Positions 10,358 through 19,875 of a DNA stretch of 64,000 nt are shown in pieces. The notes beneath the pieces were generated by a model. That model was not told the DNA's origin and made no database searches. It saw only the letters and a list, made by a program, of their open reading frames with translations. Source of the DNA: a virus; IMG/VR virus record IMGVR_UViG_3300046804_004438, positions 32,001-96,000 of that record, one strand, 5' to 3'. Positions within the stretch are counted from its first letter, which is position 1; every line of letters starts with the position of its first letter. Position numbers and translations under genes: made by a program.

Positions 10358-10962
10358 TGGGTATTTTTACTAACGTACTTGAAAGAGGTAGAACTAATAA
10401 AACCACTTCTGGTATTATCAGACCTGGTACTGATGAAGCTAGAGATTGGTATAGAGAGTTAGCACTTTCTATCAGAAGTGTGAGAGTAGAAAATATTGTA
10501 AGAAACAATGTCAAATTCAATCGTAATGTTATAAGACCTGGGTTTCTTTATTTGTTTAATTATGATCCTAAGATGAAAGAAGATTTACCTTACTATGATA
10601 GATTCCCACTTGTATTTCCATTTGAATTGACAGAGGATGGATTTTATGGTTTGAATCTTCATTATATTCCTCCAATCTATAGAGCTAGATTAATGGACAA
10701 TCTTTATGGTCTAATTAATAACGAAAAGTATGACGAAACAACAAAGATAAGAGCTTCTTATAAATTGCTTAATTCTGCAGCTCGCTATAAATATTTTAAA
10801 CCGTGTGTAAAAAGATATCTAAACAGTCATGTAAGAGGTAAGTTTTTGCTTGTTCCAGCTAATGAGTGGGACATAGCATTGTTTCTACCGTTACAAAGAT
10901 TTGTTAAGAAAAATGTTAATACTGTATACAGAGATTCAAGAATAATAATAAACAATTCCTGA
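10357..10962 (+). CDS. gp2: DNA end protector protein gp2
   Basis: YDPKMKEDLPYYDRFPL..GLNLHY..PCVKRYL. Confidence 0.92.
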   Translation: MGIFTNVLERGRTNKTTSGIIRPGTDEARDWYRELALSIRSVRVENIVRNNVKFNRNVIRPGFLYLFNYDPKMKEDLPYYDRFPLVFPFELTEDGFYGLNLHYIPPIYRARLMDNLYGLINNEKYDETTKIRASYKLLNSAARYKYFKPCVKRYLNSHVRGKFLLVPANEWDIALFLPLQRFVKKNVNTVYRDSRIIINNS

Positions 10963-10972
10963 GGAAAAATAA

Positions 10973-11713
10973 ATGGCATTCAATGTATATGAAATGTTGG
11001 GAACTTTAGATGAAGCCGGCGGCTTTACAAAAGCCTCTAAGTTTTTTGTTGAGATATATCCTCCAAGAGCTTTGGCTGTTAGTCCTACATTGTTTTTTCT
11101 TTGTGAATCATCCAATCTTCCTGGCATTACCTTGCAAACGGAAGATGTTAAAGTATATGGATATGGAGTAAATGAAAAAAGAGCTAGTGGAATAGATTTT
11201 AACGGTAATATGTTACCATTATCTTTTTTTAATGATTCAAATGGTAAGGTGTTAACTTTTTTTCATCGATGGATACAATCGATCTACAACTTTAATCTTA
11301 ATATTAATCCTGCTGGAACATCAAGAGGTGTTCCTATGAATACATTATCATATCCAAAAGAATACTATGGAATAGTAAACATTTCACATTTTGACGATTC
11401 TGGTGAACAAATTATTCAATACACATTGAACGAAGCATATCCAGTTGCAATAGGTGATGTGCCAGTTGATTGGGGTCTATCTGATCAAATAGTGAGAATA
11501 CCAATAAGTTTTGCATATGGTTATTGGACAGCAGAGACTTTGGATCCTGGTGTTGTAGACGAGAGATCTAGAGCAAACTATTATGCAACCCAATCAGTTC
11601 AAACAAGAACTGATTTTGAATTAAAGGCTGTAAGAGAATTATTGTTTATAACTTCTCCTTCACAAACTAACAGAACAGTTAATCAATTATCCAATCTTAT
11701 AACATTCCTATAA
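10973..11713 (+). CDS. baseplate tail-tube initiator gp54 / tail-tube family protein
   Basis: LCESSNLPG..YPKEY..YTLNEAYPVAIG; located between gp2 and gp26. Confidence 0.75.
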   Translation: MAFNVYEMLGTLDEAGGFTKASKFFVEIYPPRALAVSPTLFFLCESSNLPGITLQTEDVKVYGYGVNEKRASGIDFNGNMLPLSFFNDSNGKVLTFFHRWIQSIYNFNLNINPAGTSRGVPMNTLSYPKEYYGIVNISHFDDSGEQIIQYTLNEAYPVAIGDVPVDWGLSDQIVRIPISFAYGYWTAETLDPGVVDERSRANYYATQSVQTRTDFELKAVRELLFITSPSQTNRTVNQLSNLITFL

Positions 11714-11730
11714 TATAAAGGTGATTTGTC

Positions 11731-12426
11731 ATGGCACTACCAAAAATTAAACATCCAACATATCCTGTAACTATACCTTCTACAAAACAGCAGGTAAACA
11801 TAAGACCTTTTACAGTACAAGAAGAAAAGCTGCTATTGATGGCAAGATCTTCTGAAAATGTTGAAGATGCTGCTAATGCAATTAAACAAATAGTAAACAA
11901 TTGTATTCAAGAACCTGTTGATGTAGATAGGTTGGCAATATTTGATATTGAATATTTGTTTATAAAATTAAGATCTAAATCTGTTGGAGAATTAGTAGAT
12001 CTAGAATATAATGATACCGAAACTAATGAAAACATAAAATTTAAAATAAATTTAGAAGATATAGAAATTAAAATTAATCCAGAACATAAAAACAAATTTA
12101 TCATAGCTGATGATGTTGGTGTTGTTATGAAATATCCCACTCTAAATCAAGTTAGTCTTTTAGGAGCCACTGAAGACAATCAAAACAACACGATGGAAGT
12201 TTTGCGTAAATGTATTGATAAAATTTATGATAGTGATAACGTATATAATGATTTTACTGAAAAAGAAATGAATGATTTTATTGATAGTCTACCAATAGAT
12301 AGTATGCAAAAAATTAGAAGTTTTTTTGAGACAATGCCTTCAGTAGAACATGAAGTTGAGTTGAAAAATAAGGATGGAAAACCAGTTGTTGTAAAATTGA
12401 AGGGTCTCAACAATTTTTTTCAGTAA
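11731..12426 (+). CDS. gp26: baseplate hub assembly protein gp26
   Basis: MALPKI..RPFTVQEEKLLL..FDIEYLFIKLRSKSVGE..FFETMP..GLNNFF. Confidence 0.9.
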   Translation: MALPKIKHPTYPVTIPSTKQQVNIRPFTVQEEKLLLMARSSENVEDAANAIKQIVNNCIQEPVDVDRLAIFDIEYLFIKLRSKSVGELVDLEYNDTETNENIKFKINLEDIEIKINPEHKNKFIIADDVGVVMKYPTLNQVSLLGATEDNQNNTMEVLRKCIDKIYDSDNVYNDFTEKEMNDFIDSLPIDSMQKIRSFFETMPSVEHEVELKNKDGKPVVVKLKGLNNFFQ

Positions 12427-12605
12427 TGACCGGATATAGTAATATCGCGGTCTATTACAACACTCTTTTTTCATTGGTCCAACACCATAAATATTCCTTG
12501 ACGGAGGTTTATGACATGTATCCTTATGAGAGGGATTTGTTCGTAGAGCTCTTAATGAAACATCTAAGAGAGTTAGAAGAAGAAAGAAAGAGACGAAATG
12601 GCTAA
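12426..12605 (+). CDS. gp51: gp51-like baseplate hub assembly protein (59 aa, absent from ORF track)
   Basis: MTGYSNIAVYYNTLFSLVQHHKYSLTEVYDMYPYERDLFVELLMKHL; QHHKYSL..MYPYER motif; ATG overlaps the gp26 stop. Confidence 0.85.
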   Translation: MTGYSNIAVYYNTLFSLVQHHKYSLTEVYDMYPYERDLFVELLMKHLRELEEERKRRNG

Positions 12606-15180
12606 AAGCCCTAAAATTACAGCTGCAACTGGTGCAAAGATAGGATTTTCAAAAGAATATTCTAATACACCAGAAGGTAAAAGTCAAATTGAAAATCTTC
12701 TTCGTAAAATTCAAGCAGCTGAGGCAAAAGCTGCAGCTGCCAATCAACAAGCAGCAGATGCTCAAATTGAAGCTTCAGAAGCTCAACAAGATGCAGCTGA
12801 AACAATAAATCAAGCTGCTGAAACACAACAAGAAGCTGCAGACAAATTATCAAGTGCTGCTGATAACATTAAAACTTCTTCTGAAAAAATTCAAGCTACA
12901 AATGAAATTTTCAATGGTATTGGAAATTCATTAAAGGGAGTATTTTCATCTTTTAACGATTCAGTTAAAAACTTTGTAGACTCAATTCAAAATAACATTA
13001 ATGGTCAAATTGATCAGCCAGTTGATTTAAATGACAGTAAAGGTATTTTAGATTTAATTGAACAAAGATTATCAACGTTAATTATTATAAACAATGATAT
13101 TTTTGATAAAATTAATAATCAAAATACTTTATTTTCTAAAATGTTACTTTCACTAGAGAACATCTCTAAAGGAACAACAGCTCAGCGTAGCAGTGGCGGT
13201 GGTGGTAATAAACCACCAAGACCTGTCAACGTTAACACCGGTGGCGGTGGGGGAGGGGGTCGTCGTGGAGGTGGCGGAGTACTAAGTGAAGCTGGTGATA
13301 TGTTTGCAGGAATTGGAGCTGCAGGAGCTGGAATTGGTGCATTCTTTTTAGGTCTTGCTGGTTCAGAAGCTATAATGGAAAAGTTTGGTACTGGAGAAAA
13401 TCTTAAAAAACTTCTTATGAATTTAGGAGAAGGTTTAGCATCATTGGGTACTAGAGACCTAGTAGCAATTGGTGCTGCAATGGGCGTTGGAGCATTACTA
13501 AACAGAGGTGGTGGAATTGGTGGTGCTGTAGGAATTAGTACAGGTATAGGTGCTGTTGGTTTTGGAATAGGAGCTTTCTTTACAGGTCTTGCTGCAGGCG
13601 ATGCAGCAATGTCGTGGATGAATACTGATATGGAAGCTCTGAAAAAAGCTATTAAAGGAATGGGTGAAGCTTTAAGTTCATTAGACTTGCAGGCATTGGA
13701 AGTAATGGGTGGATTACTTGCAGGAGGTGCAGCTGCAGGTCTTTTATTCAGTCCTTCCAAAGTTGCAGGTGCTACTGTTGGAATGGGTGCAATTGGATTA
13801 GGTATCGGTTCTTTCTTTGCTGGTTTGGGAGTTGGAGATAAGGCTTTAACTTGGATGAATGTAGATGGTGAAAAATTAACCAAGATGATGAAGAATATGT
13901 CTGAAGGATTTAAGGCATTTACTGCTGACCCTGCATCATTAGCGGTTCTTGGTGGATTGTTGGGTGCTGGAGCTGCAGCAGGATTGTTTGGTCCTGTTGC
14001 TGTTGGTGAAATGGGTATTGGAATGGGTGCTATAGGTTTAGGTATAGGAGCATTCTTTGGAGGTCTTGGAGCTGGTGATAAAGCTTTAACTTGGATGAAT
14101 GTAGATGGTGATAGACTAGTAAAAATGATGAAAAATCTTTCTGAAGGTATCAAGGCATTTACAGCTGACCCTGCAACATTAGCAGTGTTAGGAGGTTTAT
14201 TAGGAGCAGGTGCTACGATAGGATTGTTTGGACCTTCAGCAGTTGCAGGAGCTGCTACTGGTATGGCGGCCGTTGGATTAGGTATAGCTGGTTTCTTTGG
14301 AGCGTTTGCAGGATTAGATAAACTAGCATCGTGGATGGGTGCTGATGGATCAAGCTTAAAAACGCTACTAGTAAATTTAACAGCTGGTTTAGCAGGATTC
14401 AAAGAACTTAAAGATGTAAACTTACTTTCTATAGCTGGAGGACTTCTAGCTTTAGGTCCCGCCATGTTAGCGTTCTTTGGTTCTGAAGGTATTGCAGGAA
14501 TTGCAGAATCATTTAAAGGATTCTGGAACTGGATGACAGGATCAGATGATAGTGGCAATACAAGTTCTAATAGAATAAAAAAATTAGTAGAATCAATCAA
14601 GCCACTAGGTGAATTAAACAATCTTAAATTTGATAAATTGGATGCATTATCTGCATCTATAAGCAATCTTGCTGATGCAATGACAAAAATGGCAGATGTA
14701 TCAGTAGGAAGATTGCAAGATAACTTACAAAATTTTATTACGTCATTTGCTAGTCAAATTAAAAACTTAGATGTTCTAGCGCACGGTGGTATGTTAGAAA
14801 TAACAGAACCAGGAATGTTGTGGGGTACAAATACCAAAAAAGTTCCTCTGAAAAAAGGAATACTAGATCCTTCACTTAGTATAGATGAGATGTTTAATGT
14901 TATTTCTAAAGTAAGAGCTATAATGGGCTCAACTGATGGAAATTATAATCCAGTACAAAATGATCAGTTAAATTCTGCTAAGAAGATAAATCAAAGTGCT
15001 ACTGAAAAAGAATCTGGATCTAATGTAACAGTTAACAATAACAATGTTAATAACAATTATAATGGTGGATCTGGAGCTAGGGAACCAAAAATAGGTGGTA
15101 ATGTAAAAACATCACCACCTAGATCAGGAATTGAAGAACGTTTATTAGGTCCTCCAAACGTATACGCAGCTACACCTTAA
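12598..15180 (+). CDS. tape-measure-like protein with hydrophobic Gly/Ala repeats
   Basis: 860 aa after gp26/gp51; N-terminal coiled coil, about 80-aa repeats, Asn-rich C-terminus. Confidence 0.7.
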   Translation: MAKSPKITAATGAKIGFSKEYSNTPEGKSQIENLLRKIQAAEAKAAAANQQAADAQIEASEAQQDAAETINQAAETQQEAADKLSSAADNIKTSSEKIQATNEIFNGIGNSLKGVFSSFNDSVKNFVDSIQNNINGQIDQPVDLNDSKGILDLIEQRLSTLIIINNDIFDKINNQNTLFSKMLLSLENISKGTTAQRSSGGGGNKPPRPVNVNTGGGGGGGRRGGGGVLSEAGDMFAGIGAAGAGIGAFFLGLAGSEAIMEKFGTGENLKKLLMNLGEGLASLGTRDLVAIGAAMGVGALLNRGGGIGGAVGISTGIGAVGFGIGAFFTGLAAGDAAMSWMNTDMEALKKAIKGMGEALSSLDLQALEVMGGLLAGGAAAGLLFSPSKVAGATVGMGAIGLGIGSFFAGLGVGDKALTWMNVDGEKLTKMMKNMSEGFKAFTADPASLAVLGGLLGAGAAAGLFGPVAVGEMGIGMGAIGLGIGAFFGGLGAGDKALTWMNVDGDRLVKMMKNLSEGIKAFTADPATLAVLGGLLGAGATIGLFGPSAVAGAATGMAAVGLGIAGFFGAFAGLDKLASWMGADGSSLKTLLVNLTAGLAGFKELKDVNLLSIAGGLLALGPAMLAFFGSEGIAGIAESFKGFWNWMTGSDDSGNTSSNRIKKLVESIKPLGELNNLKFDKLDALSASISNLADAMTKMADVSVGRLQDNLQNFITSFASQIKNLDVLAHGGMLEITEPGMLWGTNTKKVPLKKGILDPSLSIDEMFNVISKVRAIMGSTDGNYNPVQNDQLNSAKKINQSATEKESGSNVTVNNNNVNNNYNGGSGAREPKIGGNVKTSPPRSGIEERLLGPPNVYAATP
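13560..14340 (+). repeat. about 240-bp tandem coding repeats in tape measure gene
   Basis: GATAA(G/A)GCTTTAACTTGGATGAATGTAGATGGTGA at 13837 and 14077; TGGATG recurs at 13615, 13852, 14092, 14332. Confidence 0.8.
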
Positions 15181-16094
15181 TTGGTGTTAGCAAGCTTCTT
15201 GAAGAAGCTGAGATCTTCATCATCGTCCTCATCCCATGGTGCAGATTCCTGCTTAGGAATTGAAGGAGCAGCTGCTGCCTTCTGAGGAACTGGGAAAGCT
15301 TCATCTTCATCGATAGCTGATGGCACGTTCTGAGCTGAATCATTACCAACACCAAGAGCCTTCTCCAAGCGAGCCTTAAGTTCTTCATAAGACTTGAAAT
15401 GCTTGTGATCAAGAAGCTCTTGAAGTGAATGCTGCTTGCCCCAGATTGCCTTGATTTCATCATCATCATTAGCAATTGCTGATGGTGCCTCAAACTCAGA
15501 CTTGTCGTAATTACGATAGCCTTCTACCTGACGAATCTTCAACTTGAAGTTAGCACCATCCCAGAAGTCAAATGGATTGACTGCCTTCTCGTCAGCAAAC
15601 TGAGGATGCATTGCTTCATTGAGCTTATCAAAGATCTTCTTGCCATACTTGAACAAGAACACCTTACCGTTATTCTCTGGACGAGTAGGATCATTAACAA
15701 CAAGAATGTTTGAGAAGTAAGAAAGACGGCGCTTATACTTACGAGCAAGATTCTTGTTTGATTCGATACCAGAGTTCCACAACTTGTTGTTCATCTCAGA
15801 TACAGGATCTGGCTTGTTGAACGTAGTCAGACTCTTCTCGATATACCAGCCACCAGGACCTTGGAACCCATGGTCCCAAATGCGTACGAAAGGCATATCT
15901 TCTCCGGCTGGTGCGGGAAGGAAACGAATGATCGCATAACCATTGCCGGCTTTGTCGACATCTGGTTTCCAGTAGCGATCGTCGTTGCCTGAGCCTTCTT
16001 GGGGAACTGTAGAATTGAGCTTGTTGAGCTCGGAGGTAAGTTTGTCAAAGTTAGACTTACGATTTTGCTTGAGTGCTTCGAAATTAATAGTCAT
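15177..16094 (-). CDS. gp32: single-stranded DNA-binding protein gp32
   Basis: DDRYWKP..GNGYAIIRFLP..GGWYIE..YGKKIFDK..GANFKLK..RNYDKSEF; acidic tail. Confidence 0.96.
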   Translation of the reverse strand: MTINFEALKQNRKSNFDKLTSELNKLNSTVPQEGSGNDDRYWKPDVDKAGNGYAIIRFLPAPAGEDMPFVRIWDHGFQGPGGWYIEKSLTTFNKPDPVSEMNNKLWNSGIESNKNLARKYKRRLSYFSNILVVNDPTRPENNGKVFLFKYGKKIFDKLNEAMHPQFADEKAVNPFDFWDGANFKLKIRQVEGYRNYDKSEFEAPSAIANDDDEIKAIWGKQHSLQELLDHKHFKSYEELKARLEKALGVGNDSAQNVPSAIDEDEAFPVPQKAAAAPSIPKQESAPWDEDDDEDLSFFKKLANTN

Positions 16095-16154
16095 TATATT
16101 CTCCGTTGTATGTGTGTTTCGATATGTTTATTATATGATACGATGTATATTAGA

Positions 16155-16727
16155 TCAAGAGAATTTATTCTTCAAGATCTGACAGTATTTATCTTTATCA
16201 TATTTTATAAAGGGATGGAGCTTCTTACAGTTCATTGCTATCTGTGGCCAAAGAACTGGATCAGCAATCTCTTTATTCCATTTACTGAAGAAACGTACAC
16301 AGTCTTGGATAATGATGAACGTTTCTTTTGTAATCTTTTTTCGTGTGAGTAGAGTGAGAAGGTAAGGATAGTCACCTGGCTTTACTTCAAAGTTAGAGTC
16401 AAAGTTTTCTAACAAATTATCTATGTCAGATTCAAATGTGTATTGTAGTGATTGCCTACGTCTCAAAAACTCATTGTATTTCATCTGCTGGTCAAGACCA
16501 AACAAATCACCTACCCATAACTTTTGGTACTCAGAAAAGTTAGCCACAAGAAACGTGAGAGGATCCTCGTGTTTGGACAATTTATAAAACATATACTTGT
16601 CCTTGCGAGTCTCAAAAGAATGTTCTGTTACTCTTACCTTGCCATTGTACTTAAAGTAGTCGTATGATTGGGTAGTAAAGTGATTCTTAATTGCAGTGTA
16701 TAGTTTAAATGCTTCAAAAGGTGTCAT
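16155..16727 (-). CDS. gp59: helicase loader gp59
   Basis: AFKLYTAIKNHFT..YDYFKYNGK; adjacent to gp32. Confidence 0.9.
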   Translation of the reverse strand: MTPFEAFKLYTAIKNHFTTQSYDYFKYNGKVRVTEHSFETRKDKYMFYKLSKHEDPLTFLVANFSEYQKLWVGDLFGLDQQMKYNEFLRRRQSLQYTFESDIDNLLENFDSNFEVKPGDYPYLLTLLTRKKITKETFIIIQDCVRFFSKWNKEIADPVLWPQIAMNCKKLHPFIKYDKDKYCQILKNKFS

Positions 16728-17437
16728 GTAAATTTTTTAATAAGTTCCGGAGCTATCCTGCCTATCTCTAGACCCTTCACTTCTGGCTTGAGATGTAAAC
16801 TGGTGTCACCAACAACTGCGATTCTTCTTCCTTTGAATGGTTCTGTTGCCTTTGGATTAGCAATGGTACCATGATTTAGACCACCAGGGAATGCAACAAA
16901 CATACCTTCATGTGGGTAGAAATGATACGTATTGAAGTTTGCAGTATTATATTCTCTAATCAAATTATGCTCACTATCTCTTCCATCATCCAATGCACCT
17001 GGAAATATTTCATTTGGCTTATGCATATTAGCAAAGCTGATCACATCAGAATTTTCAGGGACATCCAAATAATATACAAAAGAAATATCAGAAGATGTAT
17101 GACTATGATATCTCATATGAAGATCATCTTTGTCAATAATTGACAACCAACATTTCGTGATGTAGATGTCAATCAGGTTTTCTTTATATCCTAGACCGTG
17201 GATGTATGAACGTATATTAGACGTAACCTCGTTAAAAAATATTTCTAATTGTGGAATCAGATGAATGTCTGTCTGACCATTGTACTCACCAGTAAGCAGA
17301 TCTGACGTACTTTCAAATATATAATCTTTTAGATTATTTCTCAACAGTTGATTATATGTTTGGTAGTATTTGAATGTGCTTTTATATACAGCGAGTGGAA
17401 ATAAGAACACAAGCTCAGGATCTTCAACAACACTCAT
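16724..17437 (-). CDS. 2OG-Fe(II) oxygenase (TIGR02466-like)
   Basis: CWLS..HSH..ISFVYYL..FPGGLNH..RIAV. Confidence 0.75.
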   Translation of the reverse strand: MSVVEDPELVFLFPLAVYKSTFKYYQTYNQLLRNNLKDYIFESTSDLLTGEYNGQTDIHLIPQLEIFFNEVTSNIRSYIHGLGYKENLIDIYITKCWLSIIDKDDLHMRYHSHTSSDISFVYYLDVPENSDVISFANMHKPNEIFPGALDDGRDSEHNLIREYNTANFNTYHFYPHEGMFVAFPGGLNHGTIANPKATEPFKGRRIAVVGDTSLHLKPEVKGLEIGRIAPELIKKFT

Positions 17438-17679
17438 ATATGAAGTCTTCCTGACTTTCTGACAAGGTTTAGATTCTCTGCCTCTAGTTGTAGCTTTGCC
17501 TTGAGAACAGTACTTTGTTTAATAATAGATGCAGCTGTCTCTACCTCGATGTTGTTTGTCTCACAATAGTGAACGACGGCATCAACATATGACAGACCAT
17601 TGAGACCTGCTATCCTATCAATCTCTTTTACAAATTCTGAAACAAACTCAGATGATGATTTTACTTTACCTATTCTCAT
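17434..17679 (-). CDS. gp33: late-transcription coactivator gp33
   Basis: YVDAVVHYCETNNIEVETAASII..LKAKLQLEAENLNL. Confidence 0.88.
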   Translation of the reverse strand: MRIGKVKSSSEFVSEFVKEIDRIAGLNGLSYVDAVVHYCETNNIEVETAASIIKQSTVLKAKLQLEAENLNLVRKSGRLHI

Positions 17680-18842
17680 GAATCCAACTTCTTGTATGCT
17701 AGGGTTACATTTGTTCCACCAAAACCAAATGAATTGTTGAGAACAACATTTTGTTTTTTGTTTAATAGAGATATGGGAAGAATAATGTTTAGTGAAATGG
17801 TAGGATCTTGTTGATCAAGATGCCAGTTTGGAATTACACTATTGGTCTCTAGTGATGTTATACATGCAAGTGTTTCTATTGCACCAGCTGCTCCAAATAA
17901 ATGACCATGCAATGATTTAGTAGAGCTTACAGGAATATTATTTGTATGACTACCAAACAACTGCTCTATGCTTTGAAGTTCGACAAGATCACCCATCTGT
18001 GTTCCTGTACCGTGTGCGTTGATATATGTAACATCAGAAAGTTCAAAGTCTTTGATCGATTGTTTCATACATTGAACCTGACCTTCAACATTAGGTTTAG
18101 TTACAGACTCGCTTCCATTTGATATTCCGTAACCAACGATCTCACAATATATCTTTGCACCTCTATTAACTGCACTATTATATTCCTCTAGTACGAATAT
18201 AACAGAACCTTCTGACATTGTAATTCCATCTCTGTTCTTAGAAAATGGCTTACAATCAGAACTCAGTGCACCCATTGCCTTCCAATAAGCAAACTGCAAC
18301 TGATTGATGCATGCTTCGGAACCTCCGGCAACCAATACCTTGTGCTCACCATATGCAATCTTCTTATATGCTTCACCAATTGCAGTAGAAGAAGAAGAGC
18401 ATGCTGTGGAGTATGTTATTGCAGGTCCTTTGATTTGATCTTTGAGTGCAATGAAGTTTGCACCCATGTTAACAACTGAACAAACCAATGCTGTTGGTTT
18501 GACCTTGCCTTTTGCAAATAATGATCTGTAAGCTTCTTCATATGCTAATGCACCACCACCATATCCAACACCAAGAAATATACCCTCTGGATAGTTGTTA
18601 CTATCAAAGATTGCATCCTTATACGATAACCATGCTAGTCTTGTAAATCTGTCTGTTATGTTTAGATCATATCTATCAAAGTGCTGATCAATGTGTGTAA
18701 GTTGATCTACGACATACGCACTACTATCAAATTGATCTACTTTTGAACCTTTAGTACCATTTAGAAAACTATCTCTGACTGTTTGATAGTTGTTTCCTAA
18801 AGGTGTCCTACAACCAATACCAGTAATAACTACTCGGTTCAT
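17676..18842 (-). CDS. beta-ketoacyl-ACP synthase (FabF/FabB/NodE family)
   Basis: RVVITGIG; catalytic Cys in STACSSS; His in INAHGTGT and STKSLHGH; NSFGFGGTN. Confidence 0.93.
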   Translation of the reverse strand: MNRVVITGIGCRTPLGNNYQTVRDSFLNGTKGSKVDQFDSSAYVVDQLTHIDQHFDRYDLNITDRFTRLAWLSYKDAIFDSNNYPEGIFLGVGYGGGALAYEEAYRSLFAKGKVKPTALVCSVVNMGANFIALKDQIKGPAITYSTACSSSSTAIGEAYKKIAYGEHKVLVAGGSEACINQLQFAYWKAMGALSSDCKPFSKNRDGITMSEGSVIFVLEEYNSAVNRGAKIYCEIVGYGISNGSESVTKPNVEGQVQCMKQSIKDFELSDVTYINAHGTGTQMGDLVELQSIEQLFGSHTNNIPVSSTKSLHGHLFGAAGAIETLACITSLETNSVIPNWHLDQQDPTISLNIILPISLLNKKQNVVLNNSFGFGGTNVTLAYKKLDS

Positions 18843-19093
18843 TTTTTATCAATGTTGTTGTATAGAAAATCTATTAGTTGATCAATTGTTTCTGTTTGTT
18901 GTTGAACAGTGATATTCAATTTGAGTTTATCTTCAAGTTCTGAAATGAATGTAATAATTTCCAAAGAATCTAACTTCTCATTTATGTTTTGTAGATCTTT
19001 TAACAAAAAGCTACCATCAAAAGAATTAAGATCAATATTGTATTCTTTTTTAAATTGATCAAATACTATCTGTCTTACTTGATCTCTTGTCAT
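18839..19093 (-). CDS. acyl carrier protein
   Basis: 84 aa acidic protein with LDSLEIITFISELED phosphopantetheine-Ser motif; ATGA-coupled to the ketosynthase. Confidence 0.85.
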   Translation of the reverse strand: MTRDQVRQIVFDQFKKEYNIDLNSFDGSFLLKDLQNINEKLDSLEIITFISELEDKLKLNITVQQQTETIDQLIDFLYNNIDKK

Positions 19094-19109
19094 ATCACTA
19101 CTCCATAAA

Positions 19110-19408
19110 AAAGGTGGAGAGATTCTGTTTCCAAGCTCTCTCCGGGCTCATGCTTAAGCAGCAAGTGCTAAGCTAGGTGCAAAGTTATCGTTTGCATTTA
19201 GTTTTGTTGCATCAGTCTCAGGTCAGCCTTTACTACACCTGTCGATCCTGTTTCGTCCCCATCAAAAGCATATCCCTTGCCACTATCTCATCCGCTAGCA
19301 GGACTATTGAGACCAACGTCAAGGGTTGGCGGATATGCTTATGGTGGAGACGCCGGGTACCGCCCCCGGGTCCAGAATGTTTATTCTACTTCCGTCAACG
19401 ACATCAGC
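19110..19408 (-). ncRNA. ssrA: two-piece (circularly permuted) tmRNA
   Basis: acceptor piece GACCCGGGGGCGGTACCCGGCGTCTCCACCA ends at 19342; about 81-nt intervening hairpin; coding piece starts GGGGACGAAACAGGATCGAC at 19260; tag ANDNFAPSLALAA* at 19195-19154. Confidence 0.93.
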
Positions 19409-19412
19409 ATTA

Positions 19413-19443
19413 TATTTATAGCACATTATATTGTATAAGTCAA
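19413..19443 (-). promoter_or_regulatory. composite sigma70-like and late promoter for tmRNA
   Basis: TTGACT-N17-TATAAA whose -10 is also TATAAATA (19420-19413). Confidence 0.7.
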
Positions 19444-19477
19444 CAGTTTTTAAATTGATTATACAATACATTGTATG

Positions 19478-19672
19478 TCAATGCTTCTTCTTTCTACCTT
19501 TTTTACGATTGGTTGTACCACTCCAATCGGAACCTCCTGTTTTTTTCCAACTAGATTTACCATTAGATTTAATCTTTGTAAAGGAAGATGTTGAACCACT
19601 TTTATTTCTAACCACTTTGGTAGACTTGTTACTTACTAACGTTTTGGCTGCTTTAAAAAGACTCTTAAACAT
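19478..19672 (-). CDS. small basic hypothetical protein
   Basis: 64 aa Lys/Ser-rich ORF, start overlaps upstream stop. Confidence 0.55.
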   Translation of the reverse strand: MFKSLFKAAKTLVSNKSTKVVRNKSGSTSSFTKIKSNGKSSWKKTGGSDWSGTTNRKKGRKKKH

Positions 19673-19875
19673 TATACCTTACCCCAGTCTATACTATTCC
19701 ATATTCTTTCATTAACAAAATAGGAGAGTGTCCATAGGCAATTAATTATTATTGTAGGTATGATTGCCTGAGTCATGTTCTGACCAGTAATCAGTAGCAT
19801 GATATAAGTTGTAAGGATAACAAACAATCTGTACAAAAGTGATTTGACTATTGTTCTTTTTATTGTTGCTTTCAT
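19672..19875 (-). CDS. small membrane protein (DUF2061-like)
   Basis: RTIVKSLLYR..two hydrophobic segments..NERIWNSIDWG. Confidence 0.65.
   Translation of the reverse strand: MKATIKRTIVKSLLYRLFVILTTYIMLLITGQNMTQAIIPTIIINCLWTLSYFVNERIWNSIDWGKV

Noticed and set aside
13182-14666. 494-aa antisense ORF
   Set aside because: Shadow of the Gly/Ala-rich tape-measure repeats; Pro/Ala composition mirrors GGN/GCN codons; no RBS or motif
15170-16352. several short overlapping ORFs around gp32
   Set aside because: Alternate-frame by-products of strong codon bias in a highly expressed gene
19177-19715. two plus-strand ORFs (93 and 94 aa)
   Set aside because: Antisense to the tmRNA and to a minus-strand gene
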